Shown here in pieces: positions 24,741-34,336 of a DNA stretch of 64,000 nucleotides. Numbering within the stretch: position 1 is the stretch's first letter; every line of letters starts with the position of its first letter. The notes beneath the pieces were generated by a model. It did not search any database. It saw only the letters and a list, made by a program, of their open reading frames with translations, and had not been told where the DNA came from. Origin of the DNA: Camelus dromedarius (Eukaryota); NCBI RefSeq assembly GCF_036321535.1, contig NC_087436.1, positions 116,562,001 through 116,626,000 of the forward strand, given 5' to 3'. The translations under genes and the position numbers were made by a program.

Positions 24741-24863
24741 CTTTCATTCCCTCACTCATCAATTTTACGGGTTCATTTTTGTAACAGAGTACAGCTGAGG
24801 ATACTTCCCCACCTAGCCATCCAGGTACAGTTTTGGAATCCATGGGGGAGGAAGTTTCTTGGA
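24741..24863 (-). pseudogene. Pseudo-exon of the - strand gene
   Basis: Consensus donor AAG|GTAAGG; open frame QETSSPMDSKTVPGWLGGEVSSAVLCYKNEPVKLMSEGMK; weak acceptor. Confidence 0.42.
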
Positions 24864-25166
24864 CTTATCAGCAATTAAATTTCAAAAAGCTTACAATATA
24901 TATTTGAAATACTGCTTAAGTACATTTTAAGGAGAGGCAGTGAGGTGGGGGGAAAAATAGTAAAGGAGTTAAAAACATACTGTGTGACAAGACTTTGAAG
25001 GATACAATTTGAAAACAAAAAGAATTACAGGAACAACACAGACTACGCATCTGAACAGAGATTTCAATAAGCTTTAGAAAAGAAGGGGCATTTCAGCGCA
25101 TTGAATGACTAACTGTAAACATAGTGCAGGCTTAGGAATCTCAAAATAAGCAACTTCCCATTTCAC

Positions 25167-25663
25167 CTCAACAGTCCTACGAATATTCTTCTGTTTCCAC
25201 AGGTTTTCAGGACTTGTTTCCGGTCTTCATTCAGTCAACTGTGGATACTAAGGGGGTAACTTCCTTTTTCTCTGTGAGGCTGAAGTTGTACCAGTGAGGT
25301 AAACGTTTCTCCGTGTGTGGGATTTTAAGTAATATCTGCTCTTCTCTGAAGAGTCAGGCTCATCTTGCTTTGGTGGCGGTTTTGGTACGGCTGTGGCTTG
25401 TTGGTGGATTTTTGCATCACGATGTGCACTAATTTGCAGTGAGTTCTGTGCGTCCCACAAGGGCATCCACAGGTCAGAGGCTGTCTTGAAAGTGAAGCAG
25501 TATTTTCTCTGAAGTTGTTTTGTACAGACGCAGTGTCCCAGCTGGGTTGCTCTTGAGTGCAGTATTGGCCTGGAAGCTCACATTTAGCCTGAGAAGGACT
25601 TTGAAATAGAAGCGAGCCTTTGAGAAGACAGCAGTGTGCAGAGAGAGTTGCTAAAATGAATAC
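25167..25663 (-). pseudogene. Pseudo-exon of the - strand gene (3' end uncertain)
   Basis: Acceptor gctttctcag|; GIHFSNSLCTLLSSQRLASISKSFSG*M* continues in frame into track ORF 25248-25466 (…KPPPKQDEPDSSEKSRYYLKSHTRRNVYLTG…). Confidence 0.5.
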
Positions 25664-25891
25664 CTGAGAAAGCGCTGAAGTTATTATGGGCTAAATTCAC
25701 AGTTGTTTAACCTGATCCCACATCTTTATTAGGACAATCAGAAAGACCTCAGGCTAGTTCTAGCCTTTTTTTTTTTTTTTAATGATATTATCTACTAGCA
25801 AATATTTTAATCTGGAAGCTATTTAATGGTTATTATGTCATATTTTATAATTTCAAGAGGAAAATGGTTCTTTCTCTGAATTCAAAGTGAC

Positions 25892-25992
25892 CTGATTATC
25901 TAATTATCCTTCTGCTAATAAAACACCGCAGCTTCCCACTCCTCCTGAGCCGATACAGACTCAGAAATGTGACTGTTGTTCTTCTTCTAATT
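25892..25992 (-). pseudogene. Pseudo-exon of the - strand gene
   Basis: 101 nt, phase-compatible on both sides; IRRRTTVTFLSLYRLRRSGKLRCFISRRIIR*S; splice sites are weak (cctag|, G|GTCACT). Confidence 0.45.
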
Positions 25993-26499
25993 CTAGGTAT
26001 TTAAACCCCATGGAAGAAACAAAACGCGTAGATGATACTTAGAATTATTTCCAATTAATTTTGGATATTTTATGTGCCTTTTTTGACTGGAGGTCACAAT
26101 ATACAGGATAATTCTATTGATGTGCCTAGTGAGTGAGAAAAAATGTGTTTTCTAGGTGATGGATTTATGTTCACTAGTTTATTTTTCATTGATACAGCAA
26201 ATGAGTTAATAATATCAACATACTTTGAATAGCAAGACCAAAAAAATTGTGTTTGTCTCCTATTCACCGTCATTTAAAGACCTTTATGCTAGCATTTTCC
26301 CCTTTTGTCTTTCATTATGGACTTATGATTTTTCAAATTTATTGCATATAAATCAACCTGCATTAATGTTGTTTTGAGGCCCAATTGTCTCAACTCAGCA
26401 GAAACCCCCTCAACGTGGGCATTGTGTAACCCTTTGATATGACCCTGCTGTTTGTGCAAACTATCTTGCTTTCCAGCAGAACAGATTCTGCAGGCTTAC

Positions 26500-26575
26500 T
26501 TTGTACCTTTCAATCCAAAAGTAGAATCAACCACTTCTACAATGAACCCCAGTGTCTCATAGTGGAAACGTAGCA
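26500..26575 (-). pseudogene. RGS-like pseudo-exon (open frame)
   Basis: Acceptor gttcttgtttctag|, donor AA|GTAAGC; 76 nt; LRFHYETLGFIVEVVDSTFGLKGTK. Confidence 0.62.
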
Positions 26576-26989
26576 CTAGAAACAAGAACCTAAGGGCTAC
26601 CGTAAATGGAGAGCGAGGGGAGCATGGAAGGGAGGAAGTTCTCCTTGGCCTGTTTCTTTGCGCAGAGCTGAAAAGGATGTATTCTGAATTTCCTTTGTAA
26701 ATCTGAATTTTGATTTCGGCATTTCCAATCCAATTTAAATAATACAATTTTCTTACTTAATTTATTTTATTCCAAAATTACACTTCCTTTTATTGTATAC
26801 TGAACATCTTGATTCCAAATGAAATAAACATTATTGCCTTTTTACTTTACTGAGAATATAAGAAACCATTTTGAAATAGCAGTTCAATATTAATTCAAAG
26901 TGTAATTACTAAGTTTAATTGTTTGGTAGTTCTTTTTGTTCATATTGCATTTTGTTATGGATATGCAATAACATTATTTTGTTCTAGAA

Positions 26990-27218
26990 CAACGGTTCTC
27001 ACACTTTATTATGTATCAGAATTACCTGGGAGATTTGTTGAAAACAAGAGCAATAACAACTTTAAAAAAAAAAAGAGAGAGAGAGATCTGGGTCTGGGCC
27101 TTACCCCCTGAATTTCTGATTCCATAAATTTTGGGTGTGCTGAAAATTTGGTTTTAATACATTTTCTGATGATGCTGCTACCACTGGTACAGGAACCACA
27201 CTTTGAAAAATCACCATT
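26990..27218 (+). mobile_element. MER5A
   Basis: acggttctcacactt...atcagaattacctgggag...ggaaccacactttgaaaaatcac. Confidence 0.8.
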
Positions 27219-27395
27219 ATAAAATCAGTTACAATTTCCCACTCTCTAAGGTTGCAAGCAGTCATCTGATTGATGGTGTTAGTTCAGGAACTGCTCTTGG
27301 TTCTCCATCTGATTCCACTGGTTGTCACCGGCAAACTCATAGAGTAGAGGCTTCTTAGATTGTCAAAAGCACTAGGAAAGAAGCATCTGGTCTAC

Positions 27396-27736
27396 CTTGA
27401 GATGGTTAAAAACACGCAAAACTCCACCAACTCTGTAGTCAAAATTCTGCACAGTATTTTCATTCCATCCTTTGATCCACCTATAATAATTTGATACATA
27501 CTTATAAGTACAAGATACAGATGTTTGCTTCCTGGTTGAATAAATCAGTCCTGTCTCCTATGATTTAATTTCTGGTAATACTGGAATAGACTTCTTTTCA
27601 CATGTAACTTTCCCTTGTCATGTATTGCTCAATGAGGTTATCCTAATGAGCAGTGTCTTGACACAGTACCAGCCAAAGCTTGACATTTTCCATGGGGGAA
27701 TCAAGAAGATTCCTAGTCACTTAGGATTCCATGTCA
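27396..27736 (-). pseudogene. RGS-like pseudo-exon
   Basis: Strong acceptor ttttatttctctttgctag|, donor AAG|GTAGAC; 341 nt, phase 2 to phase 1. DMES*VTRNLLDSPMENVKLWLVLCQDTAH*DNLIEQYMTRESYM*...DRTDLFNQEANICILYL. Confidence 0.6.
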
Positions 27737-28338
27737 CTAGCAAAGAGAAATAAAATAAATAAAAGCTCTTGATGTTTGTCTTGAAATTCTTGTAGATATT
27801 TCTTATATCCTCATTTTAGTTGTAGATAAACCTACTCTAGGACACAAGAGTCTCAGATGCTGACTCTTAATGCTGAACAAATTCTAACTTCACAAAGCTA
27901 ATCAAATGTATTACAAAAAAAATGCAGCGTATATACCAATAAATTACAATTTAATTTTAAAATATCAGCAATTAGAAACAAGTCACATCTTATAACCTTA
28001 AACTCTGATTATAAAGTTCAAATAGATATGTTTCTACAGATTCATATAATTTCTAGGCTTTCTGATTCCTGGTTTCCTAGAGTCAATTTGTAAGGCAATA
28101 ATATTTATAATTATAGCATATTTTAACTGAAAAAAATTCATTTCAACTGAAGTCCCATATTTTAGGTCATTTGCCTAAAGTTTTAGCTATTCAGTTTTAG
28201 TGCAGAAATCCAAATTCTTCAATAAAATCAAATACATCATGTACTAAAAGCTCTCATTTTTATTTCTGTGTTAACTGCACTTGATAACACAGAATTACAC
28301 AAAATATAACTTTTTAGGACCAAGGAAAATCGATAAAC

Positions 28339-28583
28339 CTTCTCATTTCATTATTACATTTACTTTTATCATCTTTTCACATTTAAAAAGAACTTAGTAC
28401 AAAATCCCCAAGTTTGGAATCAGTGTTTTGAAAAATACAGCATTCAGAAGAGCCTTTTGTAAAGAAAAAGGAGGTATAATTCTTGCTATTACACAAGATG
28501 CTAAGACTCTTGGCTGCAGGACCAAGTATTTTGTCAGATCCTTGGCCTGTGGCTTGTTTTATCAGCTCCAAATTAAAATTCTA
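28339..28583 (-). pseudogene. Pseudo-exon of the - strand gene
   Basis: Acceptor tttttttctag|; NFNLELIKQATGQGSDKILGPAAKSLSILCNSKNYTSFFFTKGSSECCIFQNTDSKLGDFVLSSF*M*KDDKSKCNNEMR (includes track ORF 28383-28571); donor AG|GTTTAT. Confidence 0.6.
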
Positions 28584-28652
28584 CTAGAAAAAAAAGTTTG
28601 TTAAGTTTAAAAAAAGGCTTAATGCTTATAATTTTTAGTTTCAGACATTTAC

Positions 28653-29442
28653 TGTTATCCCACAGCTTTTGCTAAAAATCGTTAGCCACATAATGAAAAT
28701 ATTCAGATACAAATTTATCATATTTCATATGTTTCGCCATCTGCATCTTAATAGTTTTTCGGGGGGAGTATCTCTCAAGATTAAGCTATTTCTGGACTTC
28801 ATTTTTATTGCAACATATTTGGAATATATATTTAAAACTCCAAGCATTTTTTTAAGGTGACGAATTCTCTGATACAAAAAATAATATGGTGGTTTTAAAA
28901 TATGGTCACAAACATTTTGACACTCTTCCCATCAAACAGTGAGGTAAATGTCCTCTTTCCTTGAATCCAGGCTCTGTATCTTCTCGACCAATAGATGGAA
29001 GTGATGCTCTGCAGGTTCTGGGCTCAGACCTTGCAAAACCCACAGCCTCCTTTTCCTGTCTCTATTCCTGCTCTTAAAATCCTGCCACCATTCTGTGAGG
29101 ACACCCAAGCCACTCCACGGAGGAGCCCAGAAGGAAAAAGCTGACGGGCAACAACTTGCCACGACTTGTGACTCAGTTATCTTAGAAGTGAGACCTCTGG
29201 CCCCACTTGGGCCCCCTCAGCTGATGCTCTGTGGAGCCGAGACGTGCTGTCCTCACCACCCAAATTACAAATTTGTGGGCAAAATAAATTGTGGCTGTCA
29301 TTTCAACTAAATTTTGGGGTAATTTTTTATGCAGCAAAAAATAGCCAGAACCCTGCTGCTTACAATTTTATGATATATAACTGGAAGAGAGTTCTTAGAG
29401 TTATACACTTTTACTTACATTCCAGTATCTCCTAAATGCTTC
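28653..29442 (-). pseudogene. RGS-like pseudo-exon split by an MLT1 LTR
   Basis: Acceptor ttattgtgtcag| at 29442: KHLGDTGM*VKVYN...HKIVSS [MLT1] YFLYQRIRHLKKMLGVLNIYSKYVA(fs)KNEVQK*LNLERYSPRKTIKMQMAKHMKYDKFVSEYFHYVANDF*QKLWDN; donor |GTAAAT. Confidence 0.6.
28885..29352 (+). mobile_element. MLT1 (F/G/H-type) MaLR LTR
   Basis: tatggtggttttaaaatatggtcacaaacattttgacactcttcccatc...ttttggggtaattttttatgcagcaaaaaatagccagaac. Confidence 0.85.
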
Positions 29443-29599
29443 CTGACACAATAAGACATTTTTAAAATTTAATGACTCTTCCTCTCATTAGACCTTTATA
29501 ATAAATGACTGTAAGCAAGGAAAGTTACTCTACTTTGATCTATTTCCACATGGAGTTTTCAAAAGTTTAAATCAACAATGAATGAGTTTTTGTGGTGTT

Positions 29600-29890
29600 G
29601 GAACAGATTGTGGTAACATTTACATCAATCTACACTTGTGATAAAATTTCATAAAACTATACACCAAAAACAAAAATTAGAGGAAAAAAAAGTGCGTATG
29701 AAAATTTGTAAAAACTGACTAAGGTCTGCACTTGAGTTAATATTATTTTACCAGTGCCAATCTCCTGGTTTTGACAAAGTACTGATTTTTTCAGTATATT
29801 AACGTTTGGGAGAAACCAGATGAGAGGTGCACAGAAACCCTGTGTTACTTTTGCAATTTCTTGTGAGATTTAAACTGGAAGTAAAAAGTT
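29600..29890 (+). mobile_element. L1MC/MD 3' fragment
   Basis: ctacacttgtgataaaatttcataaaact...tctcctggttttgac...ttgcaatttcttgtgag. Confidence 0.7.
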
Positions 29891-29947
29891 GTAATAGAAA
29901 GTTAAGGTTTGGACAATAGAAAAATTCATTTCAGTAAAACAACTCAC

Positions 29948-30990
29948 CCTGAAAGCATTTGATCCATTTGTTGCGGGGAGAACCACCACCACCAGACCTG
30001 GCTTCTAGGATGAGCCCTCTTCAGAGCTCAGAGACGTCAGTGATGATACTGCAAAGAGACAGTTTTACACAGGAGATTCTGTCATCCTCAGAAGAGGAAA
30101 ACCCAGAGGTGTAGGCACTCAGTACAAGAGTGATTGAAACATACAAGCAAAATGTGAGGGTGGCTGAGATTTATTTGGACGCTCATCTTTCCAATCTCTT
30201 GGATTCTTTAGTAGTTACAGTTTTCCCAACCTGTCCTGGTGGATGGATAAAGATCTCAAGTATGTGAGGATTTGTTCTTTATCTCGTGGACTTTTTGCAA
30301 CTATTCATTAGAGTCTTCTCCAGTTCTCCCACCTCATCCCAGGTTCTTACTGATGCTTAGAAACCTCTCCTGGGCATGTTGTGAGGGAGGCAATGCAGGA
30401 TTGCATCATTCTTTTCTAAGCCTCATCTTCCTGCAGATACCTTGTCCCCATTTGACAAGAGAATGATTTTTCCAGGTTTTCTCTTTCATGGTTCTGGATC
30501 CAACAAGGGAAAGCTATCATTCAGGGCCATCTATGGAGAACTGATTTCCTCTTTTAGCACATTTTGTGGGTAGAGAAACATTATAGTTCAAAAAAATTGA
30601 GGTGTAAGGGTCCTGAATAACTCAAAAGTTTACAATAATCATTTTGTGTAGGGACCAAAATGGAGCACACACAGAGAGCAATGTCCTTTTTGCACAGGGG
30701 AGATGAGGTCAGATAGCAGAAATGAAGTCAGATAGCCAGGCTTAGTCTATGGGTCCTGCATATAAGAGCGAAAATCTTCCTGAGCATTAAGTAGCTCGAG
30801 AAGAGAGCTTCACTACTGCATCAATCTAGGTGGCAGCAGAGAGGTAAGAAGATAAAAATCTGAGACGTCAAGGGATCTTAACATTTGCGCCCTTGATTTG
30901 CACTTCGCAGCCCTTTTCTGTTATTCTCCAGCCCATGAATCTCCAAATCCTGCTGGGACTATCCCTACTTGGGAACATAAGATGACAACA
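29948..30990 (-). pseudogene. Large pseudo-exon(s) of the - strand gene (5' boundary uncertain)
   Basis: Consensus donor AGG|GTGAGT at 29948/29947, preceded by ...LPATNGSNAFR. Upstream, ELLNAQEDFRSYMQDP*...SFLLSD resembles an RGS C-terminal helix. Candidate internal acceptor ttctccatag| near 30530. Confidence 0.4.
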
Positions 30991-31189
30991 CAGGAATGTC
31001 TAAATGTGACATTATCATTGACTAAAACATTCACATGTGAACAGAAGAGCGAGGAGGACACACAAGCCAGAAGGAAGGTGGTTAATTTGTCTCCGTTCTT
31101 AGCACTCCAGTTGTCCTCAGATTCGTTTTATTCATGAGTACCCCCTAAGATTCCACATGCCCCGTGCCACCTCCCCAAAACAAATATAT

Positions 31190-32900
31190 TCTAGTAATCA
31201 GCAAGAAAAAGACACCCCCAATTTTAAAATGGGCAGCAGTTACAAGTATGCCCTTCCCAAGTGAGACTATCCAAACATACAATAATCTCATGACAAGACG
31301 TTCCACATCTTTTTTTTTTTTTTTAAGAAATGCATGGTTAAACCGCAATGAGAAACCAGTCAACCAAAATGGCTAAAATCTAAGAAGGCTGGCCATACCA
31401 AGTATGATGAGGATGTAAACCGAAATTCTTATAAACTTCTAGTAGGCATTTTAATGGTATAACCAATTTGGAGAATGGTTTCCAGCCATGTCTACTAAAA
31501 CTAAATCTTGTCTTCACTATGACCCAGCCATTCCTCTCCACAGAAATGGGAGCATATGGTCCATAACATTCACAGCAGCCTTCTTCGATAATATTTCTTA
31601 GGCAGAGACAACTCATATATCTGAGAAGAGTAAACTGTGTAGATAATGGTGGTATATTTAAACAGTCCTGAAACACAAGGAAACACACACGCTGTCACTC
31701 TTTGCAATGACTTGGCTGGGTCTGAGGAGAACCATCTGTGGAATTCCATTACACAAAGTTCAGCAACAAGCCACCCTGATCTATGGTGTCAACAGTCAGG
31801 GTCATGGCTTCTTCTGGGCAGGAGGGGGCTTCTGGAATTCAGGTGTGGTGGACAGTGTGAGGGCTCCCCCTGCCACCCAGATCCTACTTACCATTTCTGT
31901 GCAACCATCTCCCCCTCTGTTTCTGCAGGGCTTTCTACGGACAGTAACTGTGGGGCTTCTTGGACAAGTTGTCCTTTTGGAGGCTTTGACCAAAGGCATA
32001 GAGAGACAGAGGGGCCTGGGAGTGCATTTTCTGCTCCCATAGGACCATTACCACTGACTGTCACTGGGGGTGAGAAAGTCTGGGCCCCATGACACAGGTG
32101 GGACAACGCTGAGGTGCCTCACGCCTGAGTTCCTCTCCCAGGTCAGACTGAAGCTACCTGTGGGGGCCTTTCACTGATGACACCTTCCTCTTCTTCCCTG
32201 CCCAGCTCCTCCCACTCCCTGACCTGCCTTTCCTGGGAGCGTGCCCTTAATAATTCACTTGCACACAAATTCTCATCTTGGCTTCTGCTTCAGCGAACCT
32301 AACCTGAGTCACCTGGCCATAGCTTTTGTCAAAAAATCTGATTGGAATGCTGGTCACACTGATGTGTTCACTTTAAGATAGTTTACCAAGATGTACAATT
32401 ATAATTTTTAGTTTTCTCTATGTGTTTTATTCTTCAAAAAGAAAAGTTTAAAAAATATTTCAAACCTTGTGACTAGAAAATACAGAAATGTGTCTTAGAA
32501 AATTTTCATATAGTTCTATAGTAATTTAAGCTGAAGAGAATTCATTCCAATATTAGTATAATAAATAAAAACATTGTGAATATTCAAAATTTATTGTAAG
32601 TTATAGTATATTAAAATCCACATGATTAAATACCACCATTCATTATAAACCACTTAAAAAATTTTGATGATGTAAAAATACCCAATATATATTTTTTAAA
32701 AAATAATCAAATTATACAGCAGTACATAAAGTATAATTCCCATTTGGAAAAATAAAATGTACTTTTAATGCACATCAAGCTATTAGTAGTAGTTATCTCT
32801 AAGTGGTAATATTATGTCTATTTTTTTATTCTTCTGAAGTCTTCCCTATATTTGCTCAACTTTCTATAATAAATGTGTAGTCATTTTAACCAGAAATGTT
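31190..32900 (+). mobile_element. Ancient L1 (L1ME-type) fragments interrupted by an LTR16-type element
   Basis: ccaattttaaaatgggca...ggtataaccaatttggagaatggttt...tatgacccagccattcctctcc. Confidence 0.7.
31843..32311 (+). mobile_element. LTR16-type ERVL LTR
   Basis: tgtggtggacagtgtg...cacccagatcc start; ttaataattcacttgcacacaaattctcatcttggcttctgcttcagcgaacctaacctgagtca end. Confidence 0.75.
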
Positions 32901-32964
32901 TTTAAAAAATTGTTTCTGCTAAGCAGTGTCCACATCATGGAAAATAAAGTAACCCTTAAAAATG

Positions 32965-33466
32965 GGTGGATATTGCCCACACCAATCAAGGTGACTACTA
33001 CCAAAAAAAAAAAAAAAAAAGAAAAAAGAAAAATAACAAGAGTTGAAGTGTTGGTGATGATGCAGAGAAATTGAAACCCTTGAGTAATGTTGATGGGAAT
33101 GTAAAATGGTGCAGTCACTGTGGCAAACAACATGGCAATTTATCAAAAAATTAAAAATAGAACTACCGTATGAACCAGCAATCCCTCTTCTGGGTGCACA
33201 TTCAAAATAGTTGAAAACAAGGTCTCAGAGAGATATTGATATAGCCTGTACATAAAGGCCCTCTTCCCAACAGCCAAAAGGTAGAAGCAACGCACGTGTC
33301 CACTAATGGACAAAAGGATAAATTTGGGAGTTTGAGATTTGCAAAGGTTAACCACCACATACAAAAATAGACTTTCAAAAATTTCTTCCACATAGCACAG
33401 GGAACTATATTCAATATCTTGTAATAATCTTTAATGAAAAAGAATATGAAAATTAATATATGTGTG

Positions 33467-33508
<42 letters not shown>

Positions 33509-33965
33509 ACAGGGATGTTATGCTGTACACCAGAAATTGATACATTATAACTGACTATACTTCAACAAAAAAGTGGTATACCTATATACAATGTAATATT
33601 ATTTAGCCTTAAATAGGAAGGAACTTCCGACACATTCTACAACATGGGTGGACCTCAAGGACATCATGCTAAGTGAAACAAGCCAGTCACAAAAGGACAA
33701 ATGCTGTACGATTCCACTCATAGAAAGTATCTCGAGTAGTCAAATGCATAAAAACAGAAAGTAGAACGGTGGCTGCCAGACACTGGTTGGGGAGGGGCAT
33801 GAGGTATTGTTTAATGGGTATAGAGTTTCAGTTTTGCAAGAAAAGTTCTAGAGATTGCTTATGTAACATTGTGAATATACTTTAAAATACTGAGCTGTAC
33901 ACTTAAACTGATTAAGGTGATAAATTCTGTGTTATGTGTACTATGCCACAATTCTTTTTAAAAAA
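32965..33965 (+). mobile_element. L1MB-type 3' end with a nested younger L1 3' end (about 33315-33572)
   Basis: The L1MB text breaks at ...ctaatggacaaa and resumes at gtggtatacctatatacaatg after the young L1 tail. Confidence 0.85.
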
Positions 33966-34164
33966 AAATGGGTGGACATTGCTATTGTCATTTAAAAGAT
34001 CAGGGAGGTGAAACAGTTCTGGGACTTTCACTTTTAATCCTAGCATCACCTTACAGATGCTCACTTCGCTAATTAGCTCTGCATCATAGGGATGGCCTCC
34101 TTTATTCTCACCACTTTATGTGCCAGACAAGTGCTATCAGTAGACAGTTATTCAGTGATGAAAC

Positions 34165-34336
34165 TGGTATACATCTGAGCCATCCAAAGCAGTAGTCACC
34201 AGCCACGTGTGGCTATTGAGCACTTGAAATGTGGCTAATGTAACAGAGGATCTGCATTTTTTATTTTACCTAATTATGATTCATTTAAATGTAACTAGTC
34301 ATGTGCAACCACAAAGCGGCTTCTATATTAACGCTG
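34165..34336. mobile_element. MER3-type hAT element
   Basis: gtagtcaccagccacgtgtggctattgagcacttgaaatgtggctaatg. Confidence 0.8.

Larger units (their letters stand above)
24741..30990 (-). pseudogene. Degenerate multi-exon (unprocessed) pseudogene with several RGS-domain-like segments (RGS22/RGSL1-like architecture)
   Basis: Eight AG/GT-bounded segments on the - strand; four consecutive junctions are phase-compatible (28339|27736, 27396|26575, 26500|25992, 25892|25663). RGS-like motifs: GSNAFR/KHLGDTG, NIYSKYV..(fs)..LNLERY...TIK...F....V.....W, MENVKLWL...LIEQYM...DLFNQEA, HYETLGFIVEVVD. Many stops. Confidence 0.62.

Noticed and set aside
26500..26575. Reading LRFHYETLGFIVEVVD as an NWD1/NWD2-type DUF4062 motif
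   Set aside because: The DLRWG-type motif and neighbouring DUF4062 or NACHT segments are absent; the flanking exons fit an RGS pattern better.
31646..32106. Cluster of overlapping ORFs up to 148 aa
   Set aside because: Derived from L1 and LTR16-type repeats.
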